From Fusobacterium paranimalis (GTDB lineage Bacteria; Fusobacteriota; Fusobacteriia; Fusobacteriales; Fusobacteriaceae): a DNA stretch of 64,000 nt. Below the pieces are notes generated by a model. The model was not told the origin of the DNA. It searched no databases and saw nothing but the letters and a program-made list of their open reading frames with translations. Location of the stretch: positions 767,389-831,388 of the forward strand of contig OZ256152.1 in NCBI GenBank assembly GCA_965278035.1. The letters are read 5' to 3'. Shown here one piece after another: positions 19,814-29,611 of this stretch; positions within the stretch are counted from its first letter, which is position 1, and each line of letters opens with the position of its first letter. The position numbers and the translations under genes were made by a program.

Positions 19814-21844
19814 TTACACCACCTCTTCCTCATAGTCATCATAGTCTTCTAAATTCTCCATTCTAATCATTTCTTTATATGCTTCCATATCTTGTAATTC
19901 TTCTAATACCTTTCCATCAATAATCTCATCTTCTGGTGGTCTTTCATAAATTCCTGATACTTTAGGTATTCCATAAGTTCTAAAAGTTTTAGTTTTAAAG
20001 TATTCTTCTTCATAAAAACGAATCTTATATGCCATAAGAGGATACATTCCTGCAATAGATATAATATTTCTCTTATCTCCAAGTTTATTTCTTACTTCTT
20101 CTGGTGTTAGAAGTTTTCTTACTTGATTACTTTCAGATAGATTAGCTTGTCCTAAACTATATGCTTTCCAAGACTTATTTCTTACTTTTATAGTAGTATC
20201 TCCTAAAAGTTCTGAGATTTGTCTAGGTGTTTCACTATCAAGTGGTGTAGGAGCATAGAAAACTGTTGTAGCACAGTTATCAAATATACTACTCTTATCT
20301 CCATAATTTTTTCTAATTTGATTTAGAGCTTGAGCTATTATTACTGCTTTCATTCCATATCCTGCAATGTATGCAAGAGCTTTTTCTAAAATTGGGATTG
20401 TTCCAAATGCTGCAAACTCATCTAGCATCAATAGAAGTTTATGTTTATGTACTTCTTCTCCTGATTCAAAATCCATTTCAGGTGCTAAAACTCCTATTAC
20501 TTGAGTAAGTAACATTTTTAAAAGAGGTGCTAATGTAGCCATATCTTGTGATTCTACAACAACATAAAATGATACTGGTGTTTCATAGTCCATTAAGTCT
20601 TTTATTCTAAAATCAACATTAGTTGTATTTTTCCTAATAATAGGATCTTTAAACAATGTTAATTTAGACATAACTGATGATATAACAGAAGCTCTTTCTT
20701 TAGGGTCTTTGTTAAGCATTTCTGCTGCTGTTCTTGCTACCACTGGATGTACTCCATCTGGTATTCCTGACATTTGTTGTTTAGAATATATCTTTTTCCA
20801 ACTCTTTATACATTCCAAATCTAATGTTAAAGGAATAGTCATTAAATCTTGCCAAGCATCATCTAGTGGTCTTGAAGTATCTGTAAGAAAATCTACTATA
20901 TCTCCTATGCTTCCCATTCTTCCTTCATTCTTTGCTTTATATAGAACATATAAGATAAGTCCAACAAGCAATGAACTTGCACTATTAGCCCAGTGATCTC
21001 TTTGTTTGTTTTCTCCTGGATCAGTTAAAATATCTGCAATAACTGTTGCTCCTTTTACTTCTTTTACTGTTTCCAGTTCTACCTCTGCAAGTGGGTTATA
21101 TGATACACTTCCATCAAAGCTATATGGTCTAAATTTAAGTATTTTTTGACCAAGAACTTTCATTCTATATCCAGCTGTAAAAGCATAGTTTTCGCCTTTC
21201 ATATCAAATACAAATATTGAGCCTAACCAGTTTAAAAGTGTAGGTATAATAATCCCCACTCCCTTTCCTGAACGAGTTGGAGCTACCACTGCTATATGTG
21301 TTTTTAGATTATCTATAATAGTTTTTAATTTTGATAGTGATCCCTTTTTATATTCTCCTGTTCTTCCTAAAATAACTCCATCTGCATACTTAGGATAATC
21401 ACTTAAAAGCCCAGCCTTTTTCCATTCATTTAACTTTGCCCATCTTGCCGTTCCGTGTGAATCTTCTTTTACTTTGCTTCTCTTTAATAAAATTACAAGC
21501 ATTAAAATACTAATAATATTTAAGAACAATCCTATTTTTCTCATCACTGATGATATATACAAAATCTTTTTTATATTTGGAATAAATGCAAGTTTTAGAA
21601 TAAGAAATGGACTATATAGATTATGAAATATTGGCTCTCCAAGTATTTCAGGATTATATCTATAATGCATAGCTATTTTTTGTGAGCCCCAAAAGTATGC
21701 CATAATTAGTATTAGAAAAGCAAAAATAACTCCAACAAATCTAACTATACTTAACTTATCTTTTATTTCTTCAAAATTTTCTGATACATAATATACAAGA
21801 GAGAAAATAATTATTAAAATTACTGAAAATATAAGGTAAAACAT
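19814..21844 (-). CDS. VirD4/TraG-family type IV coupling protein
   Basis: N-terminal TM helices, Walker A VVAPTRSGKGVG, and a 676-aa length. Confidence 0.85.
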   Translation of the reverse strand: MFYLIFSVILIIIFSLVYYVSENFEEIKDKLSIVRFVGVIFAFLILIMAYFWGSQKIAMHYRYNPEILGEPIFHNLYSPFLILKLAFIPNIKKILYISSVMRKIGLFLNIISILMLVILLKRSKVKEDSHGTARWAKLNEWKKAGLLSDYPKYADGVILGRTGEYKKGSLSKLKTIIDNLKTHIAVVAPTRSGKGVGIIIPTLLNWLGSIFVFDMKGENYAFTAGYRMKVLGQKILKFRPYSFDGSVSYNPLAEVELETVKEVKGATVIADILTDPGENKQRDHWANSASSLLVGLILYVLYKAKNEGRMGSIGDIVDFLTDTSRPLDDAWQDLMTIPLTLDLECIKSWKKIYSKQQMSGIPDGVHPVVARTAAEMLNKDPKERASVISSVMSKLTLFKDPIIRKNTTNVDFRIKDLMDYETPVSFYVVVESQDMATLAPLLKMLLTQVIGVLAPEMDFESGEEVHKHKLLLMLDEFAAFGTIPILEKALAYIAGYGMKAVIIAQALNQIRKNYGDKSSIFDNCATTVFYAPTPLDSETPRQISELLGDTTIKVRNKSWKAYSLGQANLSESNQVRKLLTPEEVRNKLGDKRNIISIAGMYPLMAYKIRFYEEEYFKTKTFRTYGIPKVSGIYERPPEDEIIDGKVLEELQDMEAYKEMIRMENLEDYDDYEEEVV

Positions 21845-21845
21845 A

Positions 21846-22316
21846 TCAATCTGTTTTTATAGAAAGTCCTGTATCATAGGTTTTTGAAAGCTCTTTATCT
21901 CTTTCTAACTTTCTATTCCAACCCTTATTCTCCTCTAATCTTGTTAAGTCATTTTTTAAATATATTCCCTCTTGTGTTAATCTATTTTGTATTTCTTTTG
22001 CATTTTCTAACTCTCGTGGTGTTAAGATAAGCTCTGTATCTTTTCTTAATAGTAATTGCTCTTTTATCTTTTGAACTGCTTTTAATATAAATAACTCAAA
22101 TTCTAATTTCTCTTTATTCCTATTAAAAATTTCTCTATCTTGCCAAAGTCTTAAATTAGTTAAAAGTAATATAATAATTGAAATCGTAAATTTTAATCTT
22201 CTTATCTCTTCTTCCCGTTTTATTTTCTCTCTAATTAATCTTTTTCTCTCTTCTTCATCAATAACTCTTCTTTTTTCTTTTTCAAGATAGTAATACAGCT
22301 CAAACATAGGTATCAC
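21846..22316 (-). CDS. Hypothetical coiled-coil protein
   Basis: 156 aa, Glu/Arg/Lys-rich and helical, with one central TM segment. Confidence 0.3.
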   Translation of the reverse strand: MIPMFELYYYLEKEKRRVIDEEERKRLIREKIKREEEIRRLKFTISIIILLLTNLRLWQDREIFNRNKEKLEFELFILKAVQKIKEQLLLRKDTELILTPRELENAKEIQNRLTQEGIYLKNDLTRLEENKGWNRKLERDKELSKTYDTGLSIKTD

Positions 22317-23437
22317 TATTCCTTATATGGCTCTAATATTAAATCAGCATTTACAATTATGTTAAATCTTGAACCTGGTTTAATTGTGATTGTGGGTTTT
22401 ATATTTAAAATCCTTTCTGACAAAGAATCTCCTATATCAATTATTCTCTCTCCTGCACCAGAAGCCATAGCATTTTCCCAACTTTGTATTCTTGTATCTT
22501 TACTCCTATTGACTAAGGCTGCTCCTCCTCCCAAAACAGAAGATAATATAACTGATTTTAAAAGTTCTATATTATGATTATTAACTCTACCCTTCATTCC
22601 AGCATAAGCACTTAAATCTACTCCTGGAAAGTTTTCAAGTGATATTGATTTTCCATTAGGAAAAATAAGTCTTTGCCATATTATTAAAATTCTATCTTGA
22701 CCATAAGCAACTCCACTGCTATATTCTCCTATTATTTTTGTTCCTTTGGGAATTAATAAATATTTTCCTCTTATAGAATCATATACATTTTCTCTAACAA
22801 GTCCTACCATTTTTCCTTCAATTTGTGAATCTACTCCACTTACTAAGATACCTGGTATAAAACTTCCTGCTTTTAATTCATAAGGTGATTTCACTTCTTT
22901 TATTGAATATTTATTATATTCAGTATCTTCTGTAATATTTTTACTTTCTTCTGTTGAAGTAGATGTATCAGCCTTTATATTATTATTTTTGCTGATAATA
23001 GAGTAATCTATATCAGAAAGCCTTGACTGCATTTCTTCTTGTAGTAGTTGAGTATAGTATTCTTCCATCTTTATATTTGGACCTAAAATACTATCATCTA
23101 CTTTCTTTTCTTCTATTTCAGTTTTCACAAGCTCTCTATATGTTTTTTCTTTTTCCTCTTCTTCAATTTTCTTTAATTTTGAATAATCACTTTCAAGAAA
23201 ATCAAAATTAGGAGCTGTCTTTTTAACTACTTCTTCATTCTCTTCTTGAGATTTTTGAATATTATTAGCTTTCTTCACTTTAATTGAAGCACTAATAAAA
23301 GCATAGGTTATTACAACAATTACTACTGCTATAAGGGCTAAGACAAAACTTTTCTTTATTTTTACAGAAGGTTTTTTGATAACTTTTTTATTTACATCTT
23401 CTTGTGGAGTTTCTTTCTCTTTATTTTCTTCTGTCAT
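22316..23437 (-). CDS. VirB10/TrbI-like protein
   Basis: N-terminal TM anchor, a charged linker, and a C-terminal TrbI-like beta-barrel region (GSFIPGILVSGVDSQ...GQDRILIIWQRLIFPNG). Confidence 0.7.
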   Translation of the reverse strand: MTEENKEKETPQEDVNKKVIKKPSVKIKKSFVLALIAVVIVVITYAFISASIKVKKANNIQKSQEENEEVVKKTAPNFDFLESDYSKLKKIEEEEKEKTYRELVKTEIEEKKVDDSILGPNIKMEEYYTQLLQEEMQSRLSDIDYSIISKNNNIKADTSTSTEESKNITEDTEYNKYSIKEVKSPYELKAGSFIPGILVSGVDSQIEGKMVGLVRENVYDSIRGKYLLIPKGTKIIGEYSSGVAYGQDRILIIWQRLIFPNGKSISLENFPGVDLSAYAGMKGRVNNHNIELLKSVILSSVLGGGAALVNRSKDTRIQSWENAMASGAGERIIDIGDSLSERILNIKPTITIKPGSRFNIIVNADLILEPYKE

Positions 23438-23450
23438 CTATATCAACTCC

Positions 23451-24263
23451 TCATTTTTTCCTTTTTATTATTACTTTTTTTCTATCCAGTACAAGCTCTG
23501 CCTTATCAAAAAGTCTATCTACAACAAGTTGTTTACCTTGTCCTTTTATTCTGTAATTTACAACATAGCCCTCTTTGCTATCATCTAAAATATATAGAAC
23601 AGGTAATTCTTGTAAATTTTCCTTCAAGATGATTACAGTTTTTTTACCATCATCAAATACTTGTGAGGGAGAAAATCTATATTTATTTGTACTTAATGTA
23701 TAATCATAATTTAAATTATCCATATCTATCTTTTCCTCATTTTCTTCCTTTAGCTTTAAATCATTTTGAATCTTTATCTGTTTTACCATTTCATCATCTG
23801 GATATTGCCATTTTATAAGAGGGTTATACAAATTTTTATCTGATATTAAATTTATTTGATAGGTTCTTTTATCAGTGTTTATAATTAAATTTGTTTTTAA
23901 CCCAATAGAAGTAGGCTTTATATAGATTACTTCTCTTTCTCCATCACTTGAACCTGTTCTAGCTGTTGCTCTTCTCCATCTAGCGGTATCTCCCCCACCA
24001 ACAAAACCAACACTTTCTCCTGGCTGTAATAAAATACTTGTTATATAATTTACTCTTGTGTAAATTGTGTACATAGAATCTTCGCTATATGTAAATACAG
24101 TTTGAACTCCTTCTTTTGCTCCCTTATATCCACTAACTATTTTTGCAGGACCAGGAGTTATTTCTGTAAGGACCTCTTTATTATCTTGAATAGTACTATC
24201 TGAAAAAGCATTAAAACTCATTAAAAATATTCCAATAATAGCCAATATACATTTTTTCTTCAT
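23451..24263 (-). CDS. VirB9/TrbG-like protein
   Basis: Signal peptide, 270 aa, beta-rich. Sits in the canonical B9-B10 order. Confidence 0.5.
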   Translation of the reverse strand: MKKKCILAIIGIFLMSFNAFSDSTIQDNKEVLTEITPGPAKIVSGYKGAKEGVQTVFTYSEDSMYTIYTRVNYITSILLQPGESVGFVGGGDTARWRRATARTGSSDGEREVIYIKPTSIGLKTNLIINTDKRTYQINLISDKNLYNPLIKWQYPDDEMVKQIKIQNDLKLKEENEEKIDMDNLNYDYTLSTNKYRFSPSQVFDDGKKTVIILKENLQELPVLYILDDSKEGYVVNYRIKGQGKQLVVDRLFDKAELVLDRKKVIIKRKK

Positions 24264-24274
24264 TTTTTTCCTCC

Positions 24275-25012
24275 TTAATCTGCAATTCCTAAACTTCCCT
24301 TTGTCTTATTCCAACTATTTTCTTTTACATTTTCCTTTTCATTTGCTAGTTCTACTGCTTTTATAACCTTTGATAGTACCTCTGTATTAGTTATATATAC
24401 AGTTTTTGTTTTTGCTTCTTTTTCAATATCATTTCCTTTTTCATCTTTTGTTATATATTTATATGGCTCTTTTAATGGTATTCCAACTTCAAATACTAAC
24501 TTATTATTTGTAAGTTCTTCCCTAGCTTTTTTTATTTGCTCATTTGAAAGCCCTGTTATACTTTCCATTTCCTTTGTTGTTAAACTAGAAAAGGCAAGGT
24601 TTTTCTTAGATGTTTCTATTAATGAAAATATAGCTATTGCTTCATTTGAAAGATTTTTTATATTATTTATTCTTTCTGCATATTTTAGGAAGTTAGTAGT
24701 TAATTTTTCCATATCAATTTTTTTCATTTCCTTAGAATCATTTTGAAAGATATCTTTATCAATATATAGCCTTTGTTTTAAAGATTGTCTTATCTCTCCT
24801 GTTTCTAAATCAACATTTCCTATATTTTGCTCAACACTGTTATAGAATAGTTTTCCTTCTTTTAAAAGTTCACCTTTTGCTGCTTTAATCTCATCTGTTG
24901 TAAGTCCACTTCCCTTTGCTAAGGCAACAGTAGAAATTGTTGTGTACCCCACATTTATAATTCCTTGTTGATTCTTTATAATCTCATATACCTTTTTTGC
25001 ATTTGCATTCAT
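24275..25012 (-). CDS. Hypothetical protein with C-terminal ...GSLGIAD motif
   Basis: 245 aa with no signal peptide. It shares a C-terminal motif SWNK..G.LGIAD with the next ORF. Confidence 0.35.
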   Translation of the reverse strand: MNANAKKVYEIIKNQQGIINVGYTTISTVALAKGSGLTTDEIKAAKGELLKEGKLFYNSVEQNIGNVDLETGEIRQSLKQRLYIDKDIFQNDSKEMKKIDMEKLTTNFLKYAERINNIKNLSNEAIAIFSLIETSKKNLAFSSLTTKEMESITGLSNEQIKKAREELTNNKLVFEVGIPLKEPYKYITKDEKGNDIEKEAKTKTVYITNTEVLSKVIKAVELANEKENVKENSWNKTKGSLGIAD

Positions 25013-25022
25013 AATATCCTCC

Positions 25023-25415
25023 TTAGTCTGCTATTCCTATTCCTTGACTTCTTTTATCCCAACTATTTACTTTTTCATTAGAAATTTCATATTTATTATT
25101 CTTAATGTTTTCATTTAAATTATCAATTTTCCAATCACTTCCATAATATGAAAATTCAATCTCATTAAAAGATTTAGCTTCCTTAACAGCTTTATAAAAA
25201 TCATCTTCCAATATTGCAAATGAAAACTCATCATACTTATATTCCATAGTTTCAATTGTATCTCTCAAATCTTCAATAAAACTTTTATTGTATACTTCTC
25301 CAAATTTATCTTCAATTTTTTCTAATATAAACTGTGAAGCATAATAAATATTTTTATCATCAAATTCAACTCCTCCAATTTCTCCCTTAAATTCTTGAAT
25401 TATATTACATTCCAT
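25023..25415 (-). CDS. Hypothetical acidic protein with C-terminal ...GIGIAD motif
   Basis: 130 aa. The C-terminus SWDKRSQGIGIAD parallels the preceding ORF. Confidence 0.35.
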   Translation of the reverse strand: MECNIIQEFKGEIGGVEFDDKNIYYASQFILEKIEDKFGEVYNKSFIEDLRDTIETMEYKYDEFSFAILEDDFYKAVKEAKSFNEIEFSYYGSDWKIDNLNENIKNNKYEISNEKVNSWDKRSQGIGIAD

Positions 25416-25417
25416 TT

Positions 25418-26095
25418 TTAACTCCCTTCAGTTGTTATATGAAAATCAACTATATACACTCCTAATGGATTTCTATCTAATTCTTGCAATGTCTTAGGTT
25501 GTTCAATAGAAATAGTAAATATCCCTACTAATGTCTTATTTAAAAGAATATCTCCACTAGAAGAATATAAAATTTCTCTCCACTTAATTTGATAAGTATT
25601 TTTTGTTCCAGCAACTTTTATCGCACTATTTATTTGAACATCTCTTGTATACTTTTCTTGTATAAGGTTTGATAAATTTTCTTCTAAGGAAATTTCTTTT
25701 AATTTCTCTTGCATAGGCTCAGTTAATAAATTCATTGCCTTTGAATAAAGAGAATTCTGTACAACGGGATCTAGCGAAATCCATCTAAAATTTCTAACAA
25801 ATTCTTTTAATGAATAGATTAGAAACTCTTCCTTTGGCTCATAGTTCTTTTGATATGCTGGATTAATAGCCTTAGCATTACCAGCTTCATCTACTTCAAT
25901 AACATAAGGAATTAGTGTACTTCTTGTTGACAGATATATATTTCCAGATAGTGTTAAAAAAGCTATTCCCAAACAAATAAATGCTAATATCTTCCAAGTA
26001 TGAAGTGCTTTTGAAATATTTAAAAGCTGGTTTTCAAATGCTTCTACTGCCTTTTCATAATTTGTAAATTTCTTATTATTTCTCACATTTACCAC
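25418..26095 (-). CDS. VirB8/TrbF-like protein
   Basis: 225 aa with a single N-proximal TM helix followed by a periplasmic domain. Size and position are typical of VirB8. Confidence 0.5.
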   Translation of the reverse strand: MVNVRNNKKFTNYEKAVEAFENQLLNISKALHTWKILAFICLGIAFLTLSGNIYLSTRSTLIPYVIEVDEAGNAKAINPAYQKNYEPKEEFLIYSLKEFVRNFRWISLDPVVQNSLYSKAMNLLTEPMQEKLKEISLEENLSNLIQEKYTRDVQINSAIKVAGTKNTYQIKWREILYSSSGDILLNKTLVGIFTISIEQPKTLQELDRNPLGVYIVDFHITTEGS

Positions 26096-26101
26096 CTTCT
26101 T

Positions 26102-26428
26102 TTAAGAAATTACAGCTCCTCCTGTTAATCCAAACAATCCATAAACAAGTGTTCCTGCTCCTCCTGCAATAGTTAATGCTAAAACTATTCTAATTGCTTT
26201 TCCTGTCATTGAACCTCCATCTGTAATAGCCCATCCAAGTGCCGCTACTACAATAGCTATTGTTCCTATTCCCATTGCAACAGGTCCTGATACAGAAGCA
26301 GAAATATCTTTTGTATTTTTCTCCCATATCATATTTGCATTAGTTGAAGCAAAAGAACTAATAGAAAGAAAGCACATAAACATTGTGAGTTTCACAAGAT
26401 TTTTTACTTTTTTAAAAAATCTCTTCAT
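26102..26428 (-). CDS. VirB2/TrbC-like pilin
   Basis: 108 aa with a signal peptide plus two hydrophobic helices. It is the first gene of the T4SS gene string. Motif 1 lies in its 5' leader. Confidence 0.5.
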   Translation of the reverse strand: MKRFFKKVKNLVKLTMFMCFLSISSFASTNANMIWEKNTKDISASVSGPVAMGIGTIAIVVAALGWAITDGGSMTGKAIRIVLALTIAGGAGTLVYGLFGLTGGAVIS

Positions 26429-26443
26429 AATACCTCTCCTTTC

Positions 26444-26462
26444 AGTATGGATATTCCATACT
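26444..26462. promoter_or_regulatory. Operator-like palindrome, motif 1
   Basis: The sequence agtatggatattccatact lies just upstream of the Shine-Dalgarno sequence of the VirB2-like gene. Confidence 0.45.
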
Positions 26463-26548
26463 AAATTATTAAAAAAATTGCTAGCTGTTTTTTAGCTAAC
26501 AATTTGATAATAAGGGATATTAAATTTTAAATCAAGTAAAAGATAAAA

Positions 26549-26899
26549 TTAAGCCTCTAAAATCTTAATTATATCTTTGATTTTATCAGTAGTTAAGTTC
26601 TTTAAATATATTTCTGGCATAATTAAATTAAAGTAAATTTCTAAGAATTCTACTCTTTCTTTTAAATCTAACTTATATACAGCAAACAGTTTATTTAATA
26701 TTTCTACACTTGGTAGTTTTGCCTTATCTCTATTATGTGTTTCTAAATGTGAAAGATAAGGAAAATTCATATCTGCTTCTGCTCCTACATCTCTTAAAGA
26801 CAGTTTTCTCTTAGTTCTAATTTTTTTTAAAAAATCTCCTAATTTCTTTTCATATTGAATTCGTGTCTTATCCATCTTTTCGTTTTCCCTCATTTCCAA
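26549..26899 (-). CDS. XRE-family helix-turn-helix (HTH) transcriptional regulator
   Basis: HTH segment LSLRDVGAEADMNFPYLSHLE. 116 aa. Confidence 0.7.
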   Translation of the reverse strand: MEMRENEKMDKTRIQYEKKLGDFLKKIRTKRKLSLRDVGAEADMNFPYLSHLETHNRDKAKLPSVEILNKLFAVYKLDLKERVEFLEIYFNLIMPEIYLKNLTTDKIKDIIKILEA

Positions 26900-27138
26900 A
26901 ACCCCCTATACTTTAAATAGTTAATACAAAGTAAAAAACATTAAAAATTTTTTTACCTTTTCCTAAAAACTATTATATCACTTTTGTCTGGATATTCCAA
27001 ACATTTATTTTATAATAGATAAAAGTCAATAAGCTGTTAACCAATTAGCCCAAATCATATTTATCTTTTTAGAATACCAAATTTTGATAATAATGAAATT
27101 TAAAAGTGTAGGAATAGTGTTAATAAAATAATTCTTCT

Positions 27139-28140
27139 CTATTTTTTTATAAGGCAATGTAAATATTCAATTGTTGATGATTTTTTATAGTTTCTATTTT
27201 TATCTTTATCAGATTTAAACCTTTTGTAATTAGTAGCAAAACACCTATATTCTCCATATTTTTCTAAAATTCTTTTTATATCTTCCAACTTCATTAAACC
27301 TTCATCGTTATAGCTTAAAAATATATATTTAAAATCTGCATTTGATATTAATTCTTCAAATACCTGATTGACCTGAGGTTTTGAGCAAAATTTACTTTTT
27401 TGTTTATTACAAGCTCTTAAACCTGTTTTTCCTTTAATAACTGGATTATCATATCTTGATATGGTTTCTAATAAGTGGTAATTCGTTGAATATTGTCTTG
27501 CATTATATGGAGGATCTAAATATAGTATATCTCCCTTTACTTTTTTTATTAAAGAATTAACATCCTCATTATATACTTTTCCTTTCTTATTTCCTTCAAT
27601 AATAGGAAGTAATTCAAGCTTAAAATTTTTTTCTGCTCTTTTTTTTAAAGATTTTAAAAATGCACCATAAATTGAAACTGTATTAGCATATTTATCTATT
27701 GAATTTATTAAACTTGCTAAGAAATAATTATACTGATGTTTATCTATTTCTTTATTCTTATAAAGTTTTTCTAATTCCTGTCTAATAGCATCACATTTTT
27801 TCCCATTAAAATCTGAAAAATAATTTCTTTCACTCCCTGAACCCATACAATAATTATTATAAATGAAGCCTTCTTGTCCTTTAAGTGAATTTAAATGCTC
27901 TAATAATTTTGTATTCATTGGATAATTATTCTCTATATAATGCTTATTTAAAATATAACTATAATGCTGTATATCATTAGATATAACCTTATAACCCATC
28001 TTCTTAAATTCATTTCCTATTACTCCTGTACCTGCAAATAAATCTCCAAATACCTTATCTTCCTTATCTAACCTTGAAACCTCTAAAATCTTTTCTTTTA
28101 TAAATGGTTTCAAAGAAAGTTTTGAACCTATATAATTCAT
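27139..28140 (-). CDS. N6-adenine DNA methyltransferase (Dam-like, alpha class)
   Basis: Motif I DLFAGTG near the N-terminus and motif IV LYLDPPYN towards the C-terminus. Confidence 0.8.
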   Translation of the reverse strand: MNYIGSKLSLKPFIKEKILEVSRLDKEDKVFGDLFAGTGVIGNEFKKMGYKVISNDIQHYSYILNKHYIENNYPMNTKLLEHLNSLKGQEGFIYNNYCMGSGSERNYFSDFNGKKCDAIRQELEKLYKNKEIDKHQYNYFLASLINSIDKYANTVSIYGAFLKSLKKRAEKNFKLELLPIIEGNKKGKVYNEDVNSLIKKVKGDILYLDPPYNARQYSTNYHLLETISRYDNPVIKGKTGLRACNKQKSKFCSKPQVNQVFEELISNADFKYIFLSYNDEGLMKLEDIKRILEKYGEYRCFATNYKRFKSDKDKNRNYKKSSTIEYLHCLIKK

Positions 28141-28290
28141 CTTTATTCTACCTCCCCTCTAATAATATTTTTCTTATTATACTGTATCTTTAAATTTTTT
28201 TATAAAGTTCCTAAAATTTTATATAAAAAACGATACATAAAATATACTAATATTTGAGGTGGTTAGAAAGTATTTATAATTTTAAAATAA

Positions 28291-28327
28291 TAAAAAAGGT
28301 AACCTTTTATAAATTACCTTTTATATT
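28291..28327 (-). terminator. Rho-independent terminator downstream of the YhcG-like gene
   Basis: On the minus strand: AAGGTAA-(11-nt loop)-TTACCTT followed by TTTTTTA. This separates the nuclease gene from the methyltransferase gene. Confidence 0.5.
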
Positions 28328-28328
28328 T

Positions 28329-29396
28329 TTACTTTTCTATATCTTTTATAGATTGTTCTATTTCTTCAATACTTGGTAAACTACTTTTATATTCCTTTTC
28401 TAATAATTTACTAATTTCATATTTACTTATACCTATTGGTTGTGATATATTTGCAAGTGAATATTCAGCAACTACATTATCTTTATCTTTACAAATAAGT
28501 ATACCAATTGTTTGATTATCTTCCTGAGATTTTAAATCACGATTAACAGCAGTTACATAAAAATTTAACTGACCAGCAAAATCAGGTTTAAACTTTTCTG
28601 TTTTTAGTTCTACTACAACATAACAATGTAATTTAACATGATAAAAAAGTAAGTCAATATAGAAATCACTATCTCCAACTTTTAGATGTACCTGTCTACC
28701 TATATAGGAAAACCCTGTTCCTAACTCCAATAAAAATGAAGTAATTTGTTTGACTAATGCATCTTCCAATTCTCTTTCATCATACTTATCTCTTAAAGTT
28801 AAGAAATCAAAATTATATGGGTCTTTAATTGTTTGTTTTGCAAGTTCTGATTGCACTTTAGGCAATCTACTATCAAAATTTGAAATAGCACTACCTAATC
28901 TCTCATATAATTTACTATCTATTTGATGCTCCAAAATAGTTCGGCTCCATCCATTTTCAATTGTTTTCTCAACATAAAATATTGCTTCTCTTACACTTTT
29001 ACATTTATACATAATTCTTTGATTATGTCCCCAAGGTATACTTTTTATTTTGTTTTCAATCTTTTTTAATTGGCTTACAGGCTGTAAGCCAATTAGATAT
29101 TCAGCATAAAAAAGATACCAATACCTTATATTTTTTAAATTTTGTACTGAAAAACCTTTCATATCAGGAAATTCTTTTTTTAAATCATTACTTAAATTTG
29201 AAATAAAGGAATCTCCCCAAGAATATTCCTTTTGTTTTTCAGTGATTTTCTTTCCTAATTCCCAATATAAATTAAGCAATTCATAATTTACTTTTACAGC
29301 TGCTTTTAATTGACTATTTTTTACTTTTTCTTTCAGTTCTACAAGAAATTTTTTATATTCTTTATCATTAGTATGGACTAATAAATTCTCATTCAT
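28329..29396 (-). CDS. YhcG/DUF1016-family PD-(D/E)xK nuclease-domain protein
   Basis: C-terminal PD-(D/E)xK-like core (IDLLFYH...VVVELK). The N-terminal region resembles YhcG-family proteins. 355 aa. Confidence 0.6.
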   Translation of the reverse strand: MNENLLVHTNDKEYKKFLVELKEKVKNSQLKAAVKVNYELLNLYWELGKKITEKQKEYSWGDSFISNLSNDLKKEFPDMKGFSVQNLKNIRYWYLFYAEYLIGLQPVSQLKKIENKIKSIPWGHNQRIMYKCKSVREAIFYVEKTIENGWSRTILEHQIDSKLYERLGSAISNFDSRLPKVQSELAKQTIKDPYNFDFLTLRDKYDERELEDALVKQITSFLLELGTGFSYIGRQVHLKVGDSDFYIDLLFYHVKLHCYVVVELKTEKFKPDFAGQLNFYVTAVNRDLKSQEDNQTIGILICKDKDNVVAEYSLANISQPIGISKYEISKLLEKEYKSSLPSIEEIEQSIKDIEK

Positions 29397-29543
29397 TTTA
29401 CTTTCTCCAATCTTTTAACTTGAATATATTTATTTATATTTTATTATATCAAATTTATCAATAATTTTCTATTTCCTTATATCTAATATAAAATCCAAAT
29501 ATCTTCACATTTTATTTATGAAGTAAAATAAACAAAAATTTAC

Positions 29544-29572
29544 TTGACTTTTATTTAATAAAGATATATTAT
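29544..29572 (+). promoter_or_regulatory. Sigma70-like promoter for parA (TTGACT-N17-TATTAT)
   Basis: Near-consensus -35 and -10 hexamers with 17-nt spacing. The motif 1 palindrome starts 4 nt downstream. Confidence 0.4.
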
Positions 29573-29575
29573 TTA

Positions 29576-29594
29576 TGTATGGTTATTCCATACT
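29576..29594. promoter_or_regulatory. Operator-like palindrome, motif 1
   Basis: The sequence tgtatggttattccatact lies between the parA -10 element and the Shine-Dalgarno sequence. Confidence 0.45.
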
Positions 29595-29611
29595 TAATAT
29601 TGGAGGTATTT

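Noticed and set aside
10353-23632. Antisense ORFs inside the EamA gene and ICE genes (10353..10583, 19408..19596, 20709..20996, 22359..22577, 23023..23211, 23376..23632)
   Set aside because: They sit fully within longer, domain-bearing ORFs on the other strand, in AT-rich frames with skewed composition.
27139-29396. Calling the methyltransferase plus the PD-(D/E)xK protein a confirmed type II restriction-modification system
   Set aside because: The two genes are separated by a terminator and 188 nt. YhcG-family proteins are widespread stand-alone genes. Kept as a hypothesis only.
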